Positions 52,247 through 64,000 of a DNA stretch of 64,000 bases are shown here, in pieces. The notes under the pieces are model-generated. The model worked only from the letters and a program-made list of their open reading frames with translations, was not told the origin of the DNA and made no database searches. Source of the DNA: Ylistrum balloti. Lineage: Eukaryota. The position numbers and the translations under genes were made by a program. Numbering within the stretch: position 1 is the first letter of the stretch; every line of letters begins with the position of its first letter. The stretch covers positions 930,001-994,000 of the forward strand of contig NW_026782145.1 of NCBI RefSeq assembly GCF_031769215.1. The letters are read 5' to 3'.

Positions 52247-52914
52247 CTGAAAGAAACAAAGCAGAGGCAACATTAATCATGTAGATACAAAGACCCTATG
52301 AACGACACATATGATTAATGACAAAATATTTTCAATGAGGAGGTTAGGAGTTTTAATTAGATTTAATTGAGATTAATGCAGGTATATTCATATGAATATC
52401 TATAGGTAAAAGGTCAAGTTTTTAACGAGCACCTGTCAGGACACCGAGTCCAAACAAAATATAATAAGTCACATGGTGATTTCTCAACTCAAAAACACAT
52501 CATCATACAATAAAAAAATTTTAAATAATGAAAATAGATGCAATCATCAAAAGTGCTTCTTGCTTACTTCTTCAAAGAATTTCCTATTTAACATGTGACA
52601 CTACCTAAAACCTACCTTTATTTGTTATATAGGTGAACATTGACTGCCAGTGTCTTTGTACAGATACCACATAGTAATTAGCATACCCTACACACTAATA
52701 CCTACATACATATAAACATCAAGTATACAGAACTATCTACTCATCAACATCAATTAACCTGTATATGTTCCTAGAGAGAAGAAGCCCCCAGATTGACAAC
52801 ATTATAGTATAATACATAGGCTACAGCATTGTAACAGTGACCTAAAAACAACAGGGCATGATTTTGTTGTGTCGGTACACCTGTCATCACACTCTGTCTG
52901 GCTCCAAATGTCAT

Positions 52915-54215
52915 CACTGTGTGAGGCTATGTAACATCATCTATACTGTGTGAGGCTATGTAACATCTATACTGTGTGAAGCTATGTAACATCATCTATA
53001 CTGTGTGAGGCTATGTAACATCTATACTGTGTGAAGCTATGTAACATCTATACTGTGTGAGGCTATGTAACATCTTCTATACAGCATGAGGCTATGTAAC
53101 ATCTATACTGTGTGAGGCTATATAACATCTATACTGTGTTTCTGAAGTAATCAATGTGTGAGGCTATGTAACATCTATACTGCGTGAGGCTATGTAACAT
53201 CTATACTGTGTGAGGCTAGGTAACATCTATACTGTGTGAGGCTATGTAACATCTATACTGCGTGAGGCTATGTAACATCTATACTGTGTGAGGCTAGGTA
53301 ACATCTATACTGAGTGAGGCTATGTAACATCTATACTGTGTTTCTGAAGTAATCAATGTGTGAGGCTATGTAACATCTATACTGTGTGAGGCTATGTAAC
53401 ATCTATACTGTGTGATGCTATGTAACATCTTCTATACTGTGTGAGGCTATGTAACATCTATACTGTGTGAGGCTATGTAACATCTATACTGTGTGAGGCT
53501 ATGTAACATCTATACTGTGTGAGGCTATGTAACATCATCTATACTGTGTGAGGCTATGTAACATCTATACTGTGTGATGCTATGTAACATCTTCTATACT
53601 GTGTGAGGCTATGTAACATCTATACTGTGTGATGCTATGTAACATCTTCTATACTGTGTGAGGCTATGTAACATCTATACTGTGTGAGGCTATGTAACAT
53701 CTATACTGTGTGAGGCTATGTAACATCATCTATACTGTGTGAGGCTATGTAACATCTTCTATACTGTGTGAGGCTATGTAACATCTATACTGTGTGAGGC
53801 TATGTAACATCATCTATACTGTGTGAGGCTATGTAACATCTATACTGTGTGAGGCTATGTAACATCTATACTGTGTGATGCTATGTAACATCTTCTATAC
53901 TGTGTGAGGCTATGTAACATCTATACTGTGTGAGGCTATGTAACATCTATACTGTGTGAGGCTAGGTAACATCTATACTTTGTGAGGCTATGTAACATCT
54001 ATACTGTGTGAGGCTATGTAACATCTTCTATACTGTGTGAGGCTATGTAACATCTATACTGTGTGAGGCTAGGTAACATCTATACTGTGTGAGGCTATGT
54101 AACATCATCTATACTGTGTGAGGCTATGTAACATCTATACTGTGTGAGGCTAGGTAACATCTATACTGTGTGAGGCTATGTAACATCATCTATACTGTGT
54201 GAGGCTATGTAACAG
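52915..54215. repeat. Minisatellite, 26-bp unit (ctatactgtgtgaggctatgtaacat) with 29-bp variants
   Basis: Direct inspection; two foreign inserts at 53133 and 53335. Confidence 0.96.
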
Positions 54216-54345
54216 TTTCTACACTCCATCCTATCATGTATTTTTTATGTGTTGTCAGTATAAATATAAGTTGAAGGCATGCAACACATGTCAATTTCAA
54301 CATTATTTTTGTGCCTAGGTTACTGTGTTTCTGAAGTAATCAATG

Positions 54346-54450
54346 ATTGAGTGGGCAGTGGTAATACACTCGCATTTCTCCTCGATGTCTTGAATTAGAT
54401 TTCCCCAGCGGACCTGTAAAGGTAGGGTGTCACCAGCCTGATCACTGATA
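54346..54450 (+). mobile_element. Degenerate tRNA-derived SINE head
   Basis: tgagtgggcagtggtaatacactcgc...gaattagatttcccc resembles decayed A/B boxes. Confidence 0.35.
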
Positions 54451-54659
54451 TCAAATGTTAATCAATGATATAAGCAATTTTTTCAGAAATATAAAACCAT
54501 TCTAGACATGACTAGGCCATCAACAGAGATAAACCATAGTTATCACAGATGAGGCAAACACAATCTACTATAGATTTTGTTTGGGTGTGTGAGGAACAAA
54601 CAGAAAGACAGCTAAACAACAATTATCTATTAGTCTGTCCACTCCACAAAGTCTAAGAA

Positions 54660-54820
54660 TAATAAGGCCTAGATCATATTCTCGAACTTCTAAATCCACA
54701 ATGGTCATCTGTCAGCCATTTTGTTTTTTGATCAGTCCCATGATCATAATGCCACAACTAGGAATTGAGGGGAACCTTAAAGCAAAATTTGAGAAAGATC
54801 TATATCTAGTACTTTTCTGG
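54660..54820 (+). mobile_element. Degenerate copy of the about 155-bp core repeat family
   Basis: aaatccacaatgg...ctgtcagccattttgttttttgatcagtccc...caactagg...ggggaacc...aaatttgagaaagatc matches units at 63210-64000. Confidence 0.6.
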
Positions 54821-55879
54821 TCAGCCCCAGAAGACTATTGAGATAAAATTGTCATTGCAACGATACTACTATTATAAAATTGTCCAAATATCATGTGATA
54901 CTATTAAACATCCCAGAGATAATGAATACGTTTTTTCCATCTGAAATCAGAAATCACTTACCTGCAGTTAGCTGATTATTTCGCCTTGGATTACTTCCAA
55001 TAATTATCACAGCTTTTTGCTAAAACTTCATTTGTAATTGAAGTCTGCAATAATTCCACAGAAACAACCTTCCAGCATTAACTTGCCAGGATATGGTGCA
55101 AAACGACACCAGTCAGTCTTATCAACACACCACCATTCAATATCTCAAAATAACTTTTTCTCTAAATCAGCAGTAACACATTGACAGAAATTAAGACCAG
55201 GTAGTGCTTCAGGAACACTGGTGAGGCACCCTATGCTGGGACCCAAAGCAGTGACAGTCAATACGACAGAAAACAGAAGGCATTAGTACTTTTATGTGCT
55301 GTAACCTGCACCCATCAAGATCCTGACAACCCCACCAGTATACCTACTGAGCCCTGACCCTGGTGCTCTATATCGACTCTGTGTTGATAAATAGTACCCT
55401 GATTTATATTCTTTCTAAAATAGCACTTGGAAAGAGATAGTACACCGGTGTGTACTACAGCACCCCTATGGATTCTGTAAGTGCCAGACAGGTTGGTATG
55501 GAATCATTTTTCATTACAGCAGGACTTATGTTCTTCTAAACCGTTCAAAGAATAATCTCTACGCACCCGATATCATATGGTATTCAAAAGACTACTTTGC
55601 TGCAATCAGTGATTGCTCAACCAATCAAATATTAATTTATCTTCAGCTCTTGGCACTGGTACATGAGTTGAACACCAAGTCAGACCGGAAATACATTTAT
55701 TTCATTAATTAACTTCAGGTGTGTTGAGCGACCGATCAATTCCAGTCCCTAGCTTCACATTGATTTCAGTCCTCAGCCTCACACAAGACTGATCCAGGTG
55801 GAAATACAGGCACACCTGCCTATACAGGTCATTCAAGGGAGTTACCAAAAATGGCCTTGAAATGTATGTGAACTTTTAC

Positions 55880-56420
55880 GTAACAAGTGGGCAAAGTGGC
55901 CTGTACCAATCACCTGTTCTGCAACTTAAACGGTCTCTGACACCTGAGCTAATTTCTCAAAAATTTTAAATCAATTTCCCAAGCATGTTAAATGCCATGA
56001 CCTATTGCCTCTTGGGGTTATTAGGAAAATGTGTTTAAAAGACTTTTACACATTTGACCACTGTGACCTTTAAAGTGGGTCAAGGCCATTTGATTGATTG
56101 AATTTGTTAGCCTTTCCTCCAAGCATGCTACAAACCCAATATCAGTACCTGCATCTTTTGGTTATTAAGAAGAAGTCATTTAATGATGTTTAACTTATTT
56201 GACCACAGTAAGCTTGAACCTAGGTAAAGGTCATTCATTTGAACAAACTTGGTGGCACTTCTTCCCAGCATGCTACAAGCTTGTATCAGTACCCTGAATC
56301 TTTTGGTTATTGTGAAGAAGTCACTTAAATGGAAAAGTTTATAACCAACAATGGATGCTGTGCCAAAGCATAGGCACAACATAGGCACACTTCACAGTCA
56401 TGCAGATGAATAAAATGTCA
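55880..56420 (+). mobile_element. Degenerate Helentron/HINE-like non-autonomous element
   Basis: About 150-bp cores (ccaagcatgctaca...tatcagtacc...ttttggttatt.agaagaagtca) shared with 48900-49150; GC-richer 3' end tgctgtgccaaagcatagg. Confidence 0.5.
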
Positions 56421-56499
56421 ATCACTCAGAGTTAAATAACTGGCTATTGAAATAAGTGGACTTTAGAGACAGGGATTCTTTTTTTATTTACACAAGTGG

Positions 56500-56985
56500 C
56501 CTTTATTGACAGGAGTTTATAACATAGAATTTGCATTTACAGACAGGTGTCTATAATTCTGAAGTAAACTTTACAGACAGGTATATATCATACAGATGTG
56601 GCTTTACAGACAGGTATCTATTATTGATACTTTATAGGAAGGAATCTATCACATAGAAGTAACTTTTATAGACACATACAAGTATACAGATGTGGCTTTA
56701 CAGACAGGTATCTATTATTGATACTTTATAGGAAGGAATCTATCACATAGAAGTGACTTTTATAGACACATACAAGTATACAGAGGTGGCTTTTCTGGAC
56801 GGTTTTATTATAGAGGTGGTCTTAATAGACAGGTGTCTTTTATACAGAGGTGGTCTTTTAAAGACAGGTAGCTGTTATAGAGGAGCAACCTATAAAGACA
56901 GGTATGCATTACAAAGATGTGGCATTTTTGGACAGATATCTATTATACATAGGTGACATTTAAGGGAAGGTTTATACAGAGGTGG
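56500..56985. repeat. Degenerate short-period repeat containing a 94-bp near-perfect duplication
   Basis: tacagatgtggctttacagacaggtatc at 56591 and 56685; recurrent tatagacagg/agaggtggc motifs. Confidence 0.75.
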
Positions 56986-57429
56986 CCTTTTGACTATTAG
57001 CTATGTAGCATCTAATTCTCTGAAATACAAAATTATGTGTCTTGGTTCTGTACCTGTAGTATCTGGAGTTTCTGGAGATTGCAAGATGTGCTTTAGTGTA
57101 AACATCCCTTACTTAATAGCAATTCAGTATCCACATGTTGGGGAGGGGACAGGAAGGGAGGTTAGAGAGTAAACAACTGATGCAAGCCACACCTAGCCTA
57201 AGTTAGTCAGGGCTTTCAGAAATAAATTACAGCTCAATCATAATCTTGTAGTGTTTACCTCATGTTTTCCCGTGTAAAGTGGAAGGTTCATCTTTTTTAA
57301 TTAAATATGACGAGATTTACATAATGTGAATAAAAGTTTCCTTATGAAGAAACATAGACATGTATATTATGCTCTTATTGTTTTTCTCATGCATTCTTAT
57401 CCTGTTGAACAATGATATTACCATAACAA

Positions 57430-57620
57430 TGACAACACAAGATCTCCTAGAGGAAGATTGGCACCCACCATTGTTTAGTCTTTATTTGTTCTTTGTACTG
57501 ATTTGAATAGCCAATCATTTGGTCCATTGGTTATTGAGAAGAAGTTGTTTAAAAGAAAAAAACTGACAACGGACGGACAGAAGACATGCCACAGCCCTTC
57601 TGTCCAGGTAAGCTAAAAAT
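57430..57620 (+). mobile_element. Short internally deleted non-autonomous element (Helentron/HINE-like)
   Basis: 5' end aacacaagatctcctagaggaagattggcacccaccattgt matches 63110; has an acggacggacag microsatellite and ends gtaagctaaaaa. Confidence 0.5.
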
Positions 57621-58034
57621 ACAACTACAACTCTTTACAAGACTAAAAAATTTCTAGATACACGCACATTTCTCCCTTCCCATCCCACAAACATTTTCAA
57701 ACCTTGGTTTCATAAATTCATTGATTATTTGATAGCCTTCCTTGTCCCAAGACTAATTCTTTTATTTCTATAGAAACTTAGTGCTATCATTCGGCTCTGC
57801 CAATCTAACCAGCCTTTCATGAAATATTTTCTAAGAGCTCCCTTTTCTATCCCAAAGAGCTTCCATTACATATCCCACTACCATACTACCAATCACAATC
57901 TTCTCCCCATTCCCTATGTTCATTTCATATATCTGTCAAATTCTTTTCTCTAACCCCACCCATCTTCCCTTCAATCAGTGTAATTCCTTCTTTCAATCCC
58001 ACCTACCTTTCCTGCAGCTAATTACAATCTCCTT

Positions 58035-58275
58035 TCCAATTCCACCTACCTCCCTTTTACCCAATACCACCTAACTCCCTTTCACCCAATACCACCTACC
58101 TCCCTTTCACCCAATTCCACCTACCTCCCTTTCACCCAATACCACCTACCTCCCTTTCACCCAATACCACCTACCTCCCTTTCACCCAATACCACCTACC
58201 TCCCTTTCACCCAATTCCACCTACCTCCCTTTCACCCAATACCACTTACCTCCCTTTCACCCAATACCACCTACC
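58035..58275. repeat. Minisatellite, 25-bp pyrimidine-rich unit (ccacctacctccctttcacccaata), about 10 copies
   Basis: Direct inspection; embedded in a larger C/T-skewed tract. Confidence 0.93.
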
Positions 58276-59289
58276 GAATGCTCCCACTCAATCAAAATTT
58301 TCTTTACAAAACCAAACTTTAACCTAAACTTCCTGTTTCCAATACTACCTACCTTCCTTTCAACTGGTCACATTCCTTCTTCCAATCCTATTTCTCTTTC
58401 CTTCAGCCAATTACCATCCACTTTCTAATCCACTTCTTACCCTCCTGCCAGTTACAATTCTCTTTCCAATTCCACCTACCTTCCCTCCAACCAAATACAA
58501 AACTCATTCCAATCCCACCTGCATTCCCGTCAATCAACAAAATTCCTTCTTCCATTCTCATCTATCTTAACGCTAGCCTTTCACAGTACCTTACCCTTTC
58601 ACAATATCTTCCCTTCAATCATTCAAAATTTTCTTTCTAATTCCACCTACCTTCCCCACCAACAAATCACAATTTTCTTTCTAATTCCACCTACCTTCCC
58701 CACCAACCAATCACAATTTTCTTTCTAAGTCCACCTACCTCCTCCCCTCCACCAATCAGCATTTTTATTTCAAATCCAATCCCTCCTGTCATTTGAACAA
58801 TTGATCCATGAGTATTCTACCTCAACATATAGAATATTCAACCAATCAACCAAAACAATCTGCTTCCCTCCTTTTTCCTAATCCCAGGAGTCATCCTCTC
58901 GCCCCTATGATCCATCACATCGAAGGCTTAACCATAAAGAGCATTGCTCTTAAATTACTACAGCATTATGTATTGACACACTGTGTCAAAATGGCATTTA
59001 TTTTACAATCCTCCACCCAAGCTGAAATCATGGTTTTTATATATAGGGAGACCAGACCCCAACTAAATGAGAAATTACTGCTTGTTAAATGTGAAGGCTG
59101 TAGTTGATTGATCAGTGGAAATCAGAATTGTTGTGAGGTGTCTCAAGTAATCAAGTTTCACTCTCTCCAGCTTATGTCATTTGTATTACATGAAACACAT
59201 TGTCAGCCCTGACGTGATCTTGGGGTGTAAAGGAGCTCACATTGAGTGTGTATGACTAGACAAGGTCTCTCTAGTCTACAGTGATGTCA

Positions 59290-60010
59290 TCTGTCATTTT
59301 TTCTATGTATAATATGTGTCTCAAATACTCTATGTATAAAATGTGCTACAGATACTCTCTGTGTATATCATGTGTCACAAATTCTTTATATGTATAACAT
59401 GTGTCAAAATATTCTGTATGTATAACATGTGTCAGAAATATTCTCTATGTACAACATGTGTCAAAATATTCCCTATGTTTAACATGTGTCAAAATATTCT
59501 TAATGTATAACATGTGTCAAAATATTCCCTATGTATAACATGTGTCAAAATATTCTCTATGTATAACATGTGTCACAAATATTCTCTATGTATAACATGT
59601 GTCAAAATATTCTTAATGTATAACATGTGTCAAAATATTCTTGATGTATAACATGTGTCACAAATATTCTCTATGTATAATATGTGTCACAAATATTCTC
59701 TACGTATAACATGCCACAAATATGTGTCAAAATTTCTATGTCAAAATAATATGTGTCACAAATATTCTCTACGTATAACATGTGTCAAAATATTCTCTAT
59801 GTATAACATGTGTCAAAATATTCTCTATGTATAACATGTGTCAAAATATTCTCTACGTATAACATGTGTCACAAATACTTTGTATGTATAACATTTGTCA
59901 AAATATTCCCTATGTTTAACATGTGTCAAAATATTCTTTATGTTTAACATGTGTCACAAAAACTCTATGTATAACATGTGTGACAACTACTCTCTATGTA
60001 TAACATGAGA
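59290..60010. repeat. Minisatellite, 28/30-bp unit (atgtataacatgtgtcaaaatattctct)
   Basis: Direct inspection. Confidence 0.92.
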
Positions 60011-60094
60011 CACATATACATAAATGTATATATATACCATTATAACCTTCCTATCATCAGAATACTATTGCTTGTGTAACAGATGTCATCTCTT

Positions 60095-60205
60095 TCAATG
60101 CTTCCGTTATGATTCAAACCCGGGGCCTCTGGCTTACCAGTCTGATGCTCAACCGATCAAGCTAAAGAGAAGTTCTCTCCAGCAAAGCGAGATATTGCAG
60201 CTAAT
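60095..60205 (-). mobile_element. tRNA-derived SINE-like element
   Basis: Minus strand 60164-60111 reads tagcttgatcggttgagcatcagactggtaagccagaggccccgggtttgaatc: A-box and decayed B-box, but no complete cloverleaf. Confidence 0.6.
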
Positions 60206-60768
60206 ATTTACCAGGGTTACATTCATTTTTTTAAAAAGGTATTCTGCTGTATATCTTTTTACTGAAAGAGCTTCCTGAAAATCCGAATAATTTGAATAGT
60301 TTATGTAAAGCTATGTGTTATGTGAGACTATGTGATAAGCATTGAAATGATGTAAGTCAATATGTCACCAAAATGTATCTATACTCCAGCAAATATAATC
60401 CAAATTAACACTGATAGTAATGGGGCCCATCATTTAAGATGTAAATAAAGCAGCATGAATGAATTTCCAATGGAGAATTGTCAGCTAAAATCTCTAAATC
60501 CCCGCCCCCTTATAAAAGCTTATTAAAATGTTTTTATTGCAATTTCTAGTAAATATCAACAAGGCGAGACTGCCTGGAAAGTTGTGTCAGGAGTTTCATC
60601 ACTGCAATGTAGAAAGAGATGGCAGCACCAATTGTACAGTACTTCAGTGGCTTAGTAATTAGGCATGACAGGGTTATCTCCCTTATCTCTTTCCCTAGAA
60701 CAACAGCTAATAACCAGAATAACATGTACACAAAGGATGGATTGGTAATGTTGTAGTATTATACACAC

Positions 60769-60922
60769 CTGGTATGATTGAGAAGTATTTGTCCGCTGTG
60801 TATTGTTTAAGTATAGTGATGTGGCGTTGTAATTCACCCTCGAATACCAGAAACAGCTGGATATTTACTTGGTTAATTAGTTGATTGTGTCCTGTTAAAT
60901 CCAGCTGTATAGTGCCTCCTCC
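60769..60922 (-). CDS. AKAP13/ARHGEF28: Exon of AKAP13/ARHGEF28-like RhoGEF, first part of the N-terminal DBB-like domain
   Basis: Minus strand reads ttttttatcctag|GGAGGAGGC...ATCATACCAG|gtgtgt: 154 nt, phase 0 to 1, not in the ORF track. Peptide GGGTIQLDLTGHNQLINQVNIQLFLVFEGELQRHITILKQYTADKYFSIIP. From recall, it resembles AKAP13 FYLVFLGSTLRHCTSTRKVSSDTLETIAP and ARHGEF28 FYFTYDGSHQRHV. Splices in frame to 52246. Confidence 0.85.
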
Positions 60923-63109
60923 CTAGGATAAAAAATCTCACATGATAAGCAAATTCAAACTAAAATAATGTCCACATTTGATATTTTTTAATAAATCAAA
61001 AAATGTAAAAGTTTTACCAGAAACATATCCCCCCCCCCCCCCCCTATATTTCTGACAGTAGACGACAGTTGTTTCGAATGTATAATCACTACATTTATTA
61101 AATAACAATACTTTGAAATTTGAATCTCATCAACGTATGTAAGATATGCATACTAAAACATCAAACGTGTACATTACTGACAGATACCACGCTGAATAAT
61201 GACCTGGGAATGATAAACTTTCGAGTCTCCAAGCCGGAGAGCTCCCTTACAGGTACAGGAATATATTAAATTTCTAGTAGAGATACTTCTAATGTAATCC
61301 GATTGGTCAATCTTTAAGTAGGTATATGTATATTCAGAAGTACTGATTTATAATACACACAACAGCTACATTTACAAAGGAAATTAGCAGATAATTTTAG
61401 AAAATACCCTTAACTATAATGATAAATGGTTTTTGACCATTAAAACCTAATGCCTGATATATCATACAATAAATACTGTTTGTTGTGTCTAAACCTTCCT
61501 TTTTTGTGACTGTAGAATGACAAAAACTAAAATGCACTAAAATCCTTTTTCAGTATCATCTAAATAATCTAGGTTAATGAGATTGATTTAATGCTGACTA
61601 AATTTTTTTTACTAAACTTTTTTGACTTTGCTTTTGATCTAATTATGACCCATATCTTCAGAGAATTATCTATTACTTGTACCCAATGTGTTTTTCTTGA
61701 TTATCTATTTCAATAGTGTTTTTTTTAACCCCCAGTATGAAATACTGTTGTTAAACTCTTACACTGTGCCATGGATAATTACATTGTCAGAAGGAACACA
61801 ATATACTATTCTACATGAATGTAAAATGTTTGTAAAACTCAAGAAAATTTATAGATATCATAAATATAAGAAACAGAAAATCCAATGGGAATATAAAGAG
61901 ATATAGAACTTAATACCACAAATTACTGCATACAGTGGAAACAACTTAATATCACATCACTTAGTATCATTTTCCTGTTAATATCATGTTTTCTTCAAAC
62001 ACAGGATTTTTCCATTATATTTTTGGTAATCCAAAATCTGACAATTTTGATGATTATCACAAAAAAAAAGAAAACACAGATTAATCACAAGTAAGTGAGG
62101 ACAAGAACTATGGTTTCATAGTTCTTGTGCCACACCTGGGTGCCTTATGTAAACATCGTCACAGCCCTGCTGGCCTTTTTTGTCACATCTTGCAATTCCC
62201 AAACAATAGGTTGACCTGCCTACCTGTAAGGTCAAGCTAGGTCCAGAGGAAGTCTGGTGCATTTGTTTTTTAAGTTACTAGCATAATCCAAGGGTTAAAA
62301 TTTGGTTAAAACCCTTTGTCACTTGGAACTTGTAATAATGGTCAGGCCATGTGCGAGTGGCAGGATGCCACAAAATTTTCTGATGTGTTGCCAAAAGTTC
62401 CTGAAAATGTACCTTTGGTATGCATACCGGGATCAATTTCAAAACAAAAAGAGATTGTTTTTCAAAAGATGTGATGAGCAAATAATCAAACATGAACCAT
62501 AATTTACGATAAATTGAATATGTTTTACAATGACCCGTGGGACACTAAACCACTGCATGTCAATGTCATCATTATGAATGTTGCCATTTTGAAATTTACA
62601 TGAACATATTTCCAATACAAAGCTTAGCATGCTAAAAAACTCATTTGAGCTTCAAGTTTCTCAAAATGCATTATGTATTGATAGAATATCAAAAATGATG
62701 CCCCGAAAATCTTCATGGGGTCATTTACATCTTTGCTGATATTGTGATCATTGTTCCCAAATGATTCATTCAAGGTTCATAACATATCATATGGTACAAA
62801 GATAAAAAAAATTCATTTCATTATGCTATCAGAACATCAACATTTTTATCTTTCTTCAAATCATTTATTACTTAAATTATTGTCAGCAGTAGTATGGCGA
62901 TCGTTCAATGTTCTGAAACTCGGTTTTCATTACGCAGTGTTTCACGACATCCTATTGGCCATTGAAAATAACCACTAATATAACAGCCAATGAAAAGTGG
63001 CGTAACAAGGGTGAACACTCCTCAGAACATGTTTCACTGAAGTTACAGAGATACACACTGTATACATCAAATGTGCAATGATGCTGAATGATGAAGCCAA
63101 TACAGTAAT

Positions 63110-64000
63110 GGACAACAGATCCAAGAGGGATCTTGGTGCCCACCATTGTTGGATCTTTATTTGGTCTTTAAAAGTTTGATATTTTCCCTTCTTTTGTCTT
63201 CTTGGAACATATGTATGAAATTTAAGAGAGGTCCAATCAGTAGTTCTTAAGAAATAGGGATAGCAATCTTTACTAGGCGAAATCCAAGATGGCTGCCTGT
63301 CAGCTATTCTGATTTTCTGATCAGTCCCAAACTCAAACAGGCACAACTAGGGAATGTAAGGGGAACATATATATGAAATTTGAAAGAGATCCATACAGTG
63401 CTTCTAAAAAAATAACAAGAACACAATTTCATTGTTGAAATCCAAGATGCTTTTCTGATTAATCCAATAATCTAAGCCACAACTAAGGAACAAGGGAGAC
63501 CTACACATGAAATTTGAGAGAAATCCATCCAGTACTTCTCAAAAAAAAAAAAAAAAAAACAATAATAAACTTTACTAGGTGAAATCTATGACGATCGCCT
63601 GTTGGTCATTTTTTTCCCTGATCAGTCCCAAAATCAAAAGAACACAACTAGGGACATAGGGGAACCTGCCTATGAAATTTGAAAGCGACCCATCCAGTAC
63701 ATCTTAAGAAATAGCGATAACAATCATTCAAAGTAAAAATTCAAGAACGTCACCTGTTGTCCATGTTTTTCTGATCAGTCCCAAAATTAAACGGTCACAA
63801 CTATGGACCACGGGTAACTTACATATGAAATCTGAGAGAGATCCATCCAGTGCTTCTAAAGAAATAGCAATAACAAACTATACTTGAGCAAAATCTAAAA
63901 TGGACACCTGTCAGCCATTCTGTTTTTCTAATCAATCCCAAAATCAAACGAGCATTCCTGGGGACCAAGGGAAAATCACAAATGAAATTTGAGAGAGATC
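63110..64000 (+). mobile_element. Non-autonomous element with tandem about 155-bp core repeats (Helentron/HINE-like), truncated by the window end
   Basis: atgaaatt(t/c)(g/a)a recurs near 63213, 63373, 63508, 63672, 63826 and 63983; 5' end shared with 57430. Confidence 0.6.

Noticed and set aside
520-60010. CRISPR-like appearance of the regular repeats
   Set aside because: Units are contiguous with no unique spacers, there are no cas genes, and the context is eukaryotic introns.
60111-60164. tRNA gene
   Set aside because: A-box and decayed B-box only (ggtttgaatc); no acceptor stem or complete cloverleaf, so it is called SINE-derived.
61900-61960. Start exon ending in PLY (minus strand ...CCACTGTAT|gcagta), as expected for this family
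   Set aside because: It would need a weak GC donor, and the frame has an upstream stop with no ATG; the true start exon is probably beyond the right edge.

Overview
This is AT-rich eukaryotic (animal) genomic DNA. The repeat style suggests a mollusc, probably a bivalve, but that is an inference. The window lies inside one large minus-strand gene encoding an AKAP13/ARHGEF28 (Lbc-family RhoGEF)-like protein. Seven phase-compatible GT-AG exons were traced by hand: 60769-60922, 51950-52246, 47049-47241, 43953-44068, 40861-40974, 34040-34255 and, less securely, 14330-14412. The first three encode the conserved N-terminal DBB-like plus ankyrin-like module. I did not find the start exon or the C1/DH/PH exons, which probably lie outside the window. 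The introns hold more than 20 mutually unrelated minisatellite arrays (units 21-88 bp, about 40% of the window by my rough boundary sum), some with higher-order structure and several abutting splice donors. There are also tRNA-derived SINE remnants, Helentron-like non-autonomous elements and a 153-bp foldback. Four short exon-like islands on the plus strand may mark an antisense interleaved gene. Almost all long ORFs in the supplied track are artefacts of tandem repeats. I found no CRISPR array, rRNA or intact tRNA. Repeat boundaries are approximate.
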